Source: Octopus sinensis (Eukaryota). Taken from it: a DNA stretch of 64,000 bases. Under the pieces are notes generated by a model that worked only from the letters and a program-made list of their open reading frames with translations, was not told where the DNA came from and searched no databases. The position numbers were made by a program, and so were the translations under genes. The stretch covers positions 72,788,001-72,852,000 of the forward strand of contig NC_043002.1 of NCBI RefSeq assembly GCF_006345805.1. The letters are read 5' to 3'. Of the stretch, positions 12,199 through 24,235 are shown in pieces (the stretch's first letter is position 1; each line of letters opens with the position of its first letter).

Positions 12199-12556
12199 GG
12201 CGCAGGAGTGGCTGTGTGGTAAGTAGCTTGTTTACCAACCACATGGTTCTAGGTTCAGTCCCACTGCGTGGCACCTTGGGCAAATGTCTTCAACTATAGC
12301 CTCGGGCCGACCAAAGCCTTGTGAGTGGATTTGGTAGACGGGAACTGAAAGAAGCCCGTCGTATATGTGTGTATATATTTGTGTGTCTGTCACCCCCACC
12401 CCCCAACATCGCTTGACAACCGATGCTGATGTGTTTACCTCCCCGTAACCTAGCGGTTCGGCAAAAGAAACCGATCGAATAAGTCCTGGGGTCGATTTAC
12501 TCGACTAAAGGCGGTGCTCCAGCATGGCCGCAGTCAAATGACTGAAACAAAAGAAT
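12199..12556 (+). mobile_element. tRNA-derived SINE family A, near-intact copy
   Basis: A-box TGGCTGTGTGG, B-box GGTTCAGTCCC, body ..GGCAAGTGTCTTCTACTATAGCC.., internal (TA/TG)n, tail ..ATGACTGAAACAAGTAAAAG. Confidence 0.85.
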
Positions 12557-13211
12557 ATTCATGTTTTATTGGTGGGGGGGTTGCAAATGTTAAGAAGACC
12601 ATAGGATAGAGGCTGAAACAGTCTCGAAGAGCAATGGACGTTATCCTTATACAAATGATACAGGAAGTGGGATCTGAAGATAATACATCTGTTATTCAGG
12701 ATTTGTGGTGTACTGATAACTAGAACCTCACCTCTGAAGGTCGTAAGTTGTTTTGCAAGTTCTGATAGCGGAAGAAGAGACACCTCGACTGGTTCTACTA
12801 TTAGATGATGTTACTTTGCATAGGAGCGAGTGAGAATTGGCGAAGGAAAGGCATCGGCCGTCATTAAAAAGATGATGGTAATGTAGTACAGAATATACTT
12901 TCCAAATAGAATACGGTAACCAGGCCGTTTTCATTCTGACACTGTAGATATTGGACTATACACCTCGCGTTTCTTTTAAGACGGTTGAGTACGATTTTAA
13001 AGAAGTTTATCTGTTATCTCTAGAATCTAGATGGTCGATCAACCATACAAACTCACGTTCATTAGCTCGACGCTTCTGAGGTTTTTATATCTGTAGCATA
13101 ATTTTAAAGCAGATCAGGGTTCGTACACGAGTTGCGTGAGTTTCCTAATCAATTCGGTGGTCAGAGAAACACTGAAAACTCTTACCTTCATTTAATGTAG
13201 ATAAAATCAGT

Positions 13212-14271
13212 TTAATACGACGGACATAAAGAATGTGGACCGCACCTCCTTTGGTTTTTTTCAGAATCCCCCCATTTTCTAGTACGGAGATTCTGATTCT
13301 GCAAAAAAAAACAAAAACGGCACTTCAAAATTTTAATTTCCTCTACCCCCCAACTGAAAATTCTTCCAATTTTCACTTTTTTCTTAAAAATTGAGGCAAA
13401 AATTCCGCCCTCCCCCCATCCCAAAATAATCAGTCTTTTTTAAAACTTTTTTTTTTCGACACTAACCCCCTCCTTTCGGCTACGGTGAATACGAATCTGC
13501 AAAAAAAAAATTGGCAAAAATTGACATTTCTAAATTACCCCCACCTCCACCCCATTCATTTTCAACTTTTTTCAGAATTTTTTTTTCTCAAAATATGCGA
13601 AAAAATACGGAGATTATGATTTCCAAAAATCTTTGTAAATTTTTTTTAAAGAATTTTCTTTCTTTTCTAAATATGCCAAAAAATACGGACATCGGAATTC
13701 GGACAAAAATTTCAAAACATTTCTATACTTACGGTTACGGTTTTGGGGTTAGGGTTTGAGGGTCACGGTTAGGGTTAGGGTTAGTGTTGCGGAAAAAAAG
13801 TCAAAATTGAAGAAGTTGTTGGGGCAAGATTTTCGCAATGCCGATTTTTGGCAATTTTCCGGAACCTCCGTATCCGAAAACGGGGATTTTTTCGCAATAG
13901 GGAGAAAAGGGGGGGGGGTCCAAAATTGAAACTTTACTTTTTTTTTTTTTTCAGAATCATAATCTACGTATTTCGCATAAAAAGAAATTTGAAAAAAGTG
14001 AAAATTGAAGAATTTGGGTGGGGTGGGGGAAAATAAAAATTTTTAAACATGCCGGTTTTTTTTTTTTTCAGAATCATAATCTACGTATTTCGCATTAAAA
14101 AAAAAGTGAAAATTGAAGAATTTGGGTGGGGTGGGGGAAAATTAAAATTTTTAAATATGCCGGGGTTTTTTTTTCAGAATCAGAATCTCCGTACTCGAAA
14201 ATGGGTGGGGGATTCTGTTAAAAAAAACAACCAAAGTGGATGTGGTCCAAATTCTTTACGTCCGCCTTTAA
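13212..14271. mobile_element. Foldback/MITE-like DNA transposon, TTAA-flanked (Kolobok/T2-like), modular long inverted arms, central telomere-like tract
   Basis: Arm 13216-13390 is the reverse complement of about 14090-14267; TTAA at 13212-15 and 14268-71; right end reads TTAA|AGG on the minus strand. Confidence 0.7.
13730..13785 (+). repeat. Interstitial telomere-like (TTAGGG)n variant tract
   Basis: GGGGTTAGGGTTTGAGGGTCACGGTTAGGGTTAGGGTTAG. Confidence 0.85.
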
Positions 14272-14618
14272 TACAGTATAAGACTGCAAGATGTGTTGTC
14301 CCGCTCCAAGTCACCTCTGACCGTGCTGTTGTATGGCACATAAATAGTCAAACAAATGACTAGGCGCAGCTCGCGTATTTTCCGGTTGTGTCTCGCTTCT
14401 ACTTGAGGATAACACTGCATTACCTTGCATATCATGGTGAATCGTATAAGATAGAGTATTGCAGTACGGACATCTACTTTTGTATATTCTTATGGTGGAA
14501 GCTGGACTTAATGCAGTGTATGTCGTAAGGTAGTATCTGCCTATGAAAACTTGCTACTGTAATAGATGTGCTTAATGCTTACGTCAGGATTTGAATTTCA
14601 TGTAGTGTATATTTATTA

Positions 14619-15449
14619 CTAACAGCAAAACCCGGTCGGTTTGGATGATGTGGCTGTAAAACCTGCTCTGTGTAAGCATTCGACATGTTTGGGCACGCTT
14701 ACGTTAAAAATTTTAGAATGACTTTTCTGTCAAAACGCTAAAAGTAATTGACCAGCAAAAAAAAATACAATCAAGATTCAACCAAATCAAAAAATAAACA
14801 CAAATATTAAGTGAGCAAAGATGAACCATTTCCATTGCGTACACACATTCACATACTCCCCTTTCATACAGTTCCCCACCCCACCCCACCCCTAAATTCT
14901 TCAATTTTCACTTTTACCAGATTTTTTTTTTTTTTTTGCGAAATTTGAATAGATTATGATTCTGAAAAAAAATGTAAAGTTTCAATTTTTAAGAAAAAAG
15001 TGAAAATTGGAAGAGTTTTGGGTTGGAGGAAATTAAAATTTTAAAATGCCGTTTTTTTTGTTTGTTTGTTTGGTTTTTCAGAATCAGAGTTGAAACGCTG
15101 TTTGATTTATTTTTTCAGCGTACAATTCTTATAATTGCACTACCAAGTATGATATCACCCCTTCCTTTCTCATTTGTAGACAAGAGTATTATTATAGTTG
15201 ATTATCTCGGTAACCATGGGAGCTACGAAAAATATGACATCACCCCTCTCTTTCTCATTCATAAACACAAGAGTATTATTATAGTAGATTATCTCGGTAA
15301 CCATGGGAGCTATGAAAAAATACAAAGCCCAGCATCACCACCAGATCATCCTACACATCCGTGTAAATTTTCATGCAATTTCACCCGACCGTTTGACCGT
15401 GAATCACAAGACAAGAAAGAATCGCCCATGTCGAATTTATATGTATAGA
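14619..15449 (-). mobile_element. Non-autonomous Helitron, unit 1 of tandem dimer
   Basis: Minus strand starts TCTATACATATAAATT (15449) and ends CCGG..TTAG|T (14619). Confidence 0.75.
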
Positions 15450-16122
15450 CTAGCAGCTAAGCCCGGTTTCACCCGGTCGGTTTGGATGATGTGGCTGTAA
15501 AACCTGCTCTGTAAGAATTCGACTTGTTCGGGCACACTTTCGTTAAAAAACAATTTTAGAATGACTTTGTTTTCTGTCAAAACGCTAAAAGTAACTGACC
15601 AATAAAGATTCAACCAAATCAAAAACTAAACCCAAATATTAAGCGAACAAAGATGAACCATCCCACTTCCATTGCATACGCACACACAAACACACACATT
15701 CACATACCCTCTTTTACATACACATATTCACAGAGAGTTGAAGCATGGTTACCGAGATAATCTACTATAATAATACTCTTGTGTTTATGAATGAGAAAGA
15801 GAGGGGTGATGTCATATTTTTCGTAGCTCTCATGGTTACCGAGATAATCAACTATAATAATACTCTTGTGTCTACAAATGAGAAAGGAAGGGGTGTTTCA
15901 ACTCCTTATTCATCTATCACCGCTTCCTTTCTCATTCATAAACACGAGTATTATTATAGTATATTATTTCGGTAGCCATGAGAACTATGAAAAAATGTAA
16001 AACCCAGCAACACTACCGGATCATTCTACATATCTGAAATTTTTCGCGCAATTCCACCCAGCTGTTTGACCGTGCACCCCAAGACAAGAAAGAATCACCT
16101 ATGTCAAATTTATATATATAGA
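15450..16122 (-). mobile_element. Non-autonomous Helitron, unit 2 of tandem dimer
   Basis: Minus strand A|TCTATATATATAAATT 5' end (16122); CCGG-GTGAAA-CCGG subterminal hairpin then CTAG 3' end (15450-53). Confidence 0.8.
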
Positions 16123-17869
16123 TTATATATACAAACGTAGAGGCACATGGCCTAATGGTTAGAGCAGCGAACTCGCAGGTTCGAATCTCAGACCGGGTGA
16201 TGTGTGTGTTTATGAGCGAAACACCAAAGCTCCACGCGGCTCCGGCAGAAGGTAATGGCGAACTTCTGCTGACTCTTTCGTCACATCTTTCTCTCACTCT
16301 TTCCTCCTGCCTCTTGCAGCTCACCTGCGACTGACCGGCGTCCCGTCCTGGTGGGGAACCTATACGCCAAGGAAAACGGAAAACCGGCCCTATGAGCCAT
16401 GCGTGGCTCGAGAAAGAACAAACAACCTTACAGTAGGAGTTGGACGTAACGCTGAACAATACCTATATAAAACATGATAAAAAAAGAATGGAGAATTCTA
16501 CGTCTTCAAGATTTGCTATTACAGTATACTTCTTACATTCACGTTTCTGCTGCCTAAATGTCCTGTCTCTTGAAACATTTAGTTATTAAAGTTGCAGTAT
16601 ATATTCATTCAGGGTAGAGGTATCCATGCGGACAAGTGAAGCGAACTGAGAAATTCAGCCTTTGGTAGTCCTCAAAGTATAATTTAGGTGGGAGAGAGCC
16701 ATAAAACCTTAATGGAGATGATCGTGGGGAGTGCTGTGAAATGCGATTTGGCTATATATTCTGCTATCATATATATGTGTGTGTATACACGGCTGGAGAA
16801 CTTAATGTAGTGCATTCTCCTACTATTAGGTCAACGAACAGCTGTAACTTTGATGACAAACGCTCGCCACATCGATTGATTTTGGAGCAGTTTGTATACT
16901 TTGCAACGACATTAGGCATCTGATGTAACTGACTATGGTGTGCATATTGTCAGAAACTGCACGGGGAAGACCAGTGTGTCACCGACCAACGAGGATGATG
17001 AATCGGTTACATTTAAAGAAGTGAGACAGAGACTGCGAAGGGTCTAAAAGCAGCAATGCACTGAACCATTCGGCTCCAAACGAAATATTAAAGGCTGCTA
17101 GGAAAGAACGTATGCTCCTCTTCCATCGGTTTTGTAATCTGATATTGCACTCCAAAACATGGCTTTTCGACTGGACGCTTTGGTGTTCTTTATCATTCTG
17201 CTACATCTTGCAAGATTTTTCTAGGAAGTTTTGTGATTTATCACGCGTGATCCGCTTTCGTGCCGTTTGGATTCAGGAACGTTTAATGGAGTGGAAAAGA
17301 AATCCAGCATGGAAAATGAACTATTTCAGTTCCTGTGCCGAAAATATAACTACGTTGTCGCTCAACCCGCAATAAATAGTAGTAAAATTTGCCTCGTATC
17401 AGATCGTATTCTCTTTAATACAAAAAGTGACATTGAATATTCTAATCCTTGATACACATTACCTGATTAAAAAAAAGAAGACAAGATAGTTACTGTTCAA
17501 ATGCCTTGATAACAGGTTTATTTGATCCGAGCTGATTTTGTTTTGACAACATCTGATCATCCATTTCCTTCACGTAAGCTCAAGACAATTACGGCAAGAA
17601 AGACTCGGAGTCTAAGAAATGAACACCTCCTTTGACAGTTGCTTTCAGTCCCTCTCTTCCCATGCCATTGCGACGACTTCGAATTTGTCCCAATTCTCTT
17701 AACTACTGTCGAGTGCGCAAATTCGAACTAAAAACAAATTCAACCCATAAAGAAATAATAAAATAACTGAGAAACAAAAGTTCGCCGGTATAATTTTATC
17801 AGTACCAGTTGTCTTTTCCTCAATGCATAAGTATTTCCAATTAGATTTTTTATGCTTATTATAGTAAGC

Positions 17870-18210
17870 ATACTGAGACCCCTTTCGGTTACGATACAGA
17901 CCATGGGATTGCACCTAGAAAGTTACCCTCCCAGGCACAATTCCGGGCAAGGTTGTTTATGGAAGACCAGCAGTCGCCCATGCATACCGGCCTCCCCTCT
18001 CCACGCCACCAGTGTTATCCAAGGGAAAGGCAAAGGCTGATAAGCTTGGCACCTGTGACGTCGCAACTCATTTCTACAGCTGAGTGAACTGGAGCAACGT
18101 GAAATAAAGTGTCTTGCTCAAGAACACAACACGCAGCCCGGTCCGGGATTCGAGCTCACAACCTCTCGATCGTAAGCTCGATGCTCTAACCACTGAGCCA
18201 TGCGCCTTCA
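17870..18210 (-). mobile_element. tRNA-derived SINE family D; related copies 6050-6265(+), 16138-16432(+), 25395-25632(-), 29255-29410(-), 37190-37548(-), 53822-54128(-), 62560-62765(-)
   Basis: Minus-strand head with A/B boxes then GTGTTCTTGAGCAAGACAC..TTGCTCCAGTTCACTCAGCTG; 3' parts vary between copies. Confidence 0.75.
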
Positions 18211-18707
18211 CATACTAACGTTAATTTTATTGCTTTTCATGCAGGTAGCATCTCTAAGTAATTTAACTTCGGTGATTTTTTAAAAAAATTGTTTAATTTC
18301 CACGTTTACTCGTATACAATATTATGTATCTATTTGGTGATTATCTCACCACCTTTTCGGCAAAGTATTGTGAAGATTATGTTTTCGTCGATGATGTTTA
18401 ATAATACTGAAACATTTTCAAAGTTGTCTCCCCTACTCGCCGAAAACGATTCGTGCTGTTTTCTTTTCCTCACCATATAAGTACAGTATATCTACTTAAA
18501 CTTTTGATATTTACTTCATTAAATATATAAACACTAAATTTACCAATTAAACACTATTAAGTATTAGAAAAGTATTTTATTTTTTCACAGTTCTGTTAAC
18601 ACACCGAATTTACAGAATACAAATTGATTCCTAATCAACGGAGATTGCCGCAAATTTGAAACGGAAATATAATCAATTAGATAGATTCAATATTTTTTTG
18701 ACTGGTC

Positions 18708-19283
18708 GCATGTGTGGTATGTAGCTTGCTTACCAACCACATGGTTCCAGGTTCATTCCCACTGCGTGGCACCTTGGGCATGTGTCTTCTACTATAGCCT
18801 CGGGACAACCAAAGCCTTGTGAGTGAATTTGGTAAACGGAAACTGAAAGAAGCCCGTCGTATATATGTATATGTGTATATGATTGTGTCTGTGTTTGTCT
18901 CCTCCTCCCACATCACCTGACTATTGATGGTGGTGTGTTTACCAACCACATGGTTCCGGGTTCATTCTCACTGCGAGGCACTTTGGGTATGTGTCTTCTA
19001 CTATAGCCTCGGGCCAACCAAAGCCTTGTGAGTGAATTTGGTAGACGGAAACTGAAAGAAGCCCGTCGTATATACATATATGTGTGTGTCTGTGTTTGTT
19101 CCCCCCAACATCGCTTGACTATCGATGGTGGTGTGTTTACGTCGCCGTAACTTAGTGGTTCGGCAAAAGAGACCGATAGAATAAGTACTAGTCTTACAAA
19201 GAATAAGTCTTGGGGTCGATTTGCTCGACTAAAGGCGGTGTTCCAGCATGGCCGTAGTCAAATGACTGAAACAAAGTAAAAGA
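18708..19283 (+). mobile_element. SINE family A with duplicated 5' half
   Basis: Head/body segment repeated at about 18710-18945 and from 18945 onward. Confidence 0.8.
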
Positions 19284-19289
19284 GGTACT

Positions 19290-19860
19290 AAGGCGGCAAG
19301 CTGACAGAAACGTTAGCACGCCGGGCGAAATGCTTAGCAGTATTTCGTCTGCCACTACGTTCTGAGTTCAAATTCCGCCGATGTCGACTTTGCCTTAAGG
19401 GGTCGATTAAATAAGTGCCAGTTACGCACTGGGGTCGATGTAATCGACTTAATCCGTTTGTCTGTCCTCTCTGTGTTTAGCCCCTTGTGGGTAGTAAAGA
19501 AATAGGTACTTCGTCTGCCGCTACGTTCTGAGTTCAAATTCCGCCAAGGTCGACTTTGCCTTTCATCCTTTCGGGGTCGATTAAATAAGTACCAGTTACG
19601 CACTGGGGTCGATATAATCGACTTAATCTGTTTGTCCCCTCTGTGTGTGGCCCCTTGTGGGCAATAAAGAAAGAACTGTTAGCACGACAGGCAAAATGCT
19701 TAGCGACATTTCGTCCGTCTTTTCGTTCTGCGTTCAAATCCCATCGAGGTCGACTTTGCCTTGCATCCTCTCGGGGTCGATAAAATAAGTATTAGTTGCA
19801 GACTGGCTCGATGTAATCGAGTTATCCCCCACCTCGAACCTGTTGACCTTGTACTGAAAT
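19290..19860 (+). mobile_element. tRNA-derived SINE family B, tandem array of 3 units
   Basis: GGCGGCGAGCTGGCAGAA head, GAGTTCAAATTCC B-box, core GCCTTTCATCCTTTCGGGGTCGATAAA..AGTACCAG (Meta/MESC-like, from memory). Confidence 0.8.
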
Positions 19861-21994
19861 GTAAAACTAATATTTTGACTGGCACTCATTTGACGATCCC
19901 CGAAAGAGGAAGATGAATTCAGAACGTGAACAAACGCAACCAAATACTGATTTCAGATTTTTGGCACAAGGCCAGCAATGTCGGAAGAAGTGGCCAAGTC
20001 GATTTCAATGACCCCAGTGCTCAGCTGGTACTTATTTTATCGATACTCAAAGCATGAATGGTAGAGTCGACTCTTTGATCTCAGAAGGTAAAGACCAACG
20101 AACGCAATTAAATATTGCCAGATTTTTAGCCCGATACTTTACTGATTTAGCTAATTCACTGCTTATTTTGCGGAACACTTAATTCGTTGTTCTTTTCCTG
20201 TACCTGAAATCCCACAACTTTTATAAATCATTGTTTAAACACTTCATTATGCACTAAATACACCAGTGGTCACATCTATATGGGCGTATATATGTGTACA
20301 AACGTGCATATATACACATTTTGTGTAAGAGTTTTTCTTTGCTTCATTCGTTGTTTGCACGCCTTCACCTCCGTTGTCGACATAAAATATAGAACTGTAT
20401 TATAAAATAGTCACGTTAAGAATTTGTATTTTTGGAAGAGTTCATATTTGCTTCAGCTGTCTAGTTTATTGTCAAACATAATAAATACTGATAATTTCAT
20501 ATCTACATCAGACGGACACAGCTTGACTGAGGTAGGCCATATTAACATATATAATTAACTTCATGCGTGTACTGTATGCAATATGTGTTTTACTTGTAAA
20601 TGACTTCATTTAATATTTTATTGTCAGTGTTTTGGTCACTGGAATACTGCTTCTAACAATTTTTGATTTATAAGGTTTGATGTTATGCCCGTCCTAGGGG
20701 CATCGAAATACTTTACTGACCTTATTATTTTCACCTTTTGTGTCAAGTTAAACTTATTTCTTCAATTAACTAGTCAACGAGAAACTTCTACATGGTCGTA
20801 TGACTTGTTAAAAATAACAGCTAAGTTTTCTTAAATAATGTCTTAAAGGAAGGACACATTGGATAATGCAGTCTCGTCAATATAAAAAGACGAGATGGTC
20901 ATCGCGGGAACGCTTTTGATTCATAACCAGCAGTCAAAGTGCTCGAACGTACGTACATGTGCAAGTGGAGAATGCTCCGTGGTTACTCGAGCTCCTAGAA
21001 ACAACAGTCGCATCTTTAACTAAGGCTATACACAATTCCTATACACAATGCTGAAGCGCTTTTGACTACAAGCCGAAAAGAGGCTAAACAAGTTCATTGA
21101 ATCTTACTAATACACACAATCCCCAAGTCGCCTAAAATTTCAGTAATTTTATTTCAACGAAGCTGGTTTGTTCTCATTAGTTAGATAACTATCGTAATTT
21201 ACACATAGCTTCTTATAAATGTCTATAATTCAGTAATCATTGACTAACTATATGGACTACTTTATTATATAATCTGTCGATATCTTAAATTCAGTTATTG
21301 TCGTTTAGCTCTTAAGTCAACCTTAAGTGATCAGACCCATTTTCAAACGTATTTTTCTTTGACCATCTTGTCCCTTTTTAGGTGTATTCGCCCACGTTAT
21401 CCTGTGTTTCCTTGTAATGAATCTGAGTACTGTACACTACAATAAGCACTTTATGTAAGCTGGTTGTGTGGGTATACGCAGAAAGTTGCATTATGTGTGA
21501 ATTTTTCTTTCATTGCCAAGTATTTGCGCGTCTTCAATTAAAAAAAAAATCCGCTTTCATCTTGAAAACAGCGTGTTCAATTCTTCTTACATACATAAAC
21601 ACCTTAGTTGTAGAACAAGTGCACGCACTCAGCTTAGATGGAACATCGGTAGGGAGTAACTGGAAGAAGATTTGGCTGCTGTTTCTAGCACATCGAGCTG
21701 TGGTTCCGTCTTTGGTGCGTTTCAAATTCTGTCACTAATGACAGCGGAAAATATTGTTTACAAGTGAGGTGTCTAATAAGTCTGAGATTGTTTTGTTTCT
21801 AATTTTAGCTTTTAACTTGACAAAGTTTACAAAGCCTGCAGTGTAATGCATGTCATATCAAATGAATTCTGTTTGACGTAGTATTTATTTGTTTTAACTT
21901 ATAAAATTTAAACAAACGAAGAAGCCTTTATGTGGTCCATGCGGCCCACTAGAAATAGCGGCCAAACCTCCCTTAAATCATACCTTATCATTTT

Positions 21995-22810
21995 TTCTAC
22001 TCTAGGAACAAGGCCCGAAATTAGTGGGGAGGAGGCCAGTCGATTAGATCGACTCCTGTACGCAACAGGTACTTAATTTATCGACCCCGAAAGGATGAAA
22101 GGCAAAGTCGACCTCGGCGGAATTTGAACTCAGAACGCAAAGATAGACGAAATACCTATTTCTTTACTGCCCACAAGGGGCTACACACAGAGGGGACATG
22201 CAAGGACAGACAAATGGATTAAGTCGATTACATCGACCCCAGTGCGTAACTGGTACTTAATTTTTCGACCCCGAAAGGATGAAAGGCAAAGTCAACCTCG
22301 GCGGAATTTGAACTCAGAACGTAACGGCAGACGAAATACGGCTATGCATTTCGCCCGGCCTGCTAACGTTTCTGCCAGCTCGCCACCTTACACTCGGCGT
22401 ATAATGATCTTTTCTACTCTAGGCAAAAAGCCCCAAATTTTAGGGGAGTGGCCCAGTCGATTAGATCGACCCCTTTACGCAACTGGTACTTAATTTATCG
22501 ACCCCGAAAAGATGAAAGGCAGAGTCGACTTCGGGGGAATTTGACGAACTCAGAACGTAAGTAAAGACGTACGAAATACCTATTTCTTTACTCACAAGGG
22601 GCTAAACACAGAGGGAACAAAAAAGGACAGACAAACGGATTAAGTCGATTACATCGACCCCAGTGCGTAACTGGTACTTATTTAATCGACCCCGAAAAGA
22701 TGAAAGGCAAAGTCGACCTCGGCGGAATTTGAACTCAGAACGTAGCGGCAGACGAAATACGGCTACGCATTTCGCCCGGCGTGCTAACGGTTCTCACAGC
22801 TCGCCGCCTC
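21995..22810 (-). mobile_element. SINE family B, tandem array of about 4 units
   Basis: Repeated GAAAGGATGAAAGGCAAAGTCGACCTCGGCGGAATTTGAACTCAGAACG. Confidence 0.85.
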
Positions 22811-22944
22811 ATACCTTGTCTTAAAAGAGGGATGCACTGAATAGTGTAGTCACTGACTTTAAAAAATTGGTTACAACTGGAAAGCTTTTGATTAAAGCCT
22901 CCCCGATCTAAGGTCAAACAACCAGTTAAATTAATTATTCTTTT

Positions 22945-23098
22945 ATTATTTTTCTTGTTTGTCATTTGACTGCAGCCATGCTGGAGCACCGCCTTTAGTC
23001 GAACAAATCTACCTCAGGACTTATTCTTTGTAAGCCCAGTACTTATTCTATCGGTCTCTTTTGCCAAACCGGTAAGTTACGGGGACGTAAACACACCA

Positions 23099-23136
<38 letters not shown>

Positions 23137-23530
23137 CGATCTTCTTTCAGTTTCCTATTTCTTTACGGGCCACACACAGAGGGGACAAACAAGAACAGAC
23201 AAACGGATTAAGTCGATTACATCGACCCCAGTGCGTAACTGGTACTTAATTTATCGACCCCAAAAGGATGAAAGGCAAAGTCGACCTCGGCGGAATTTGA
23301 ACTCAGAACGTAACGACAGACGAAATACCGCTAAGCATTTCGCCCGGCGTGTTAACGTTTCTGCCAGCTCGCCGGGCTTCTTTCAGTTTCCGTCTACCAT
23401 CTCCACTCATAAAGCTTTGGTAGGCCCGAGGCTATAGAAGACATTTGCGCAAGGTGCCACGCAGTGGAACTGAACCTGGAACCATGTGGTTTGTAAGCAA
23501 ACTACTTATCACACAACCACTCCTGCGCCT
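22945..23530 (-). mobile_element. SINE family A interrupted by a family B insertion (23156-23373)
   Basis: CTTCTTTCAGTTTCC duplicated at 23141-55 and 23377-91. Confidence 0.8.
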
Positions 23531-24235
23531 ATGATATTTAATATCTTTATTTGGGAAAATATTTAGTGAGCTATAACTATGGGAGAGATGGAGCAATTTT
23601 GATGCTGCAAGTCTTCCATAATTTCACTTCGTTTCTATTGCGTTTATGATGCTGTTTAGCCCAGGGAGTGTCGATCAAGTAGGAAGACGATCAGAGATAT
23701 TCAGTGTTCAGTTTGTGACAATTTTCTTCTGTGTATCCTCTGTAACCAGAACTATATTATCCGACTGACTTTTGGAATGGCTGTCCAACTTTAGTTGGAT
23801 TTTATCCATTTTCTACGGGACTTTTCAAATATTTATTGTACTTACACACTTCAGAAAAAAAAATGGTCCCTTCTCCCTCATCGTACTTTTGGAAAAGCAA
23901 CCACCGCTAAAATATTTATCTTTATTTTCTCCTACTTTATTGTATTCCACATTCTGAAATACTTGTAGTTCACATTTTTTAAAATCCTCTCCTCATCGTC
24001 TTTTTCACCATAAAAACAAATAATGAATCTAATACAGCGTGTTGATAACTACAAAAAAAAAAAAATAACAGAGGTATCTATAAAACAATAGTTTCTGTTA
24101 TGTTGAAAAGAATACTTTTTTTTAATTGAAAAAAGTATAAAGGAACAAAAAAGTTCTCGTCCCCCGCCCTTTTTCTGTCATAGCAACAGTTGTCGCATCA
24201 ACACCTTGTCCTAAGCAAAACCTTATTTTTTTTTT

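Noticed and set aside
12199-12275. tRNA genes at SINE heads (also 16138, 18140-18210, 25560-25632, 60816)
   Set aside because: A/B boxes are present but the cloverleaf is incomplete and each continues into a SINE body.
12600-13200. Coding-like composition suggesting an exon or LINE fragment
   Set aside because: No long frame, consistent splice pair or recognisable motif found.
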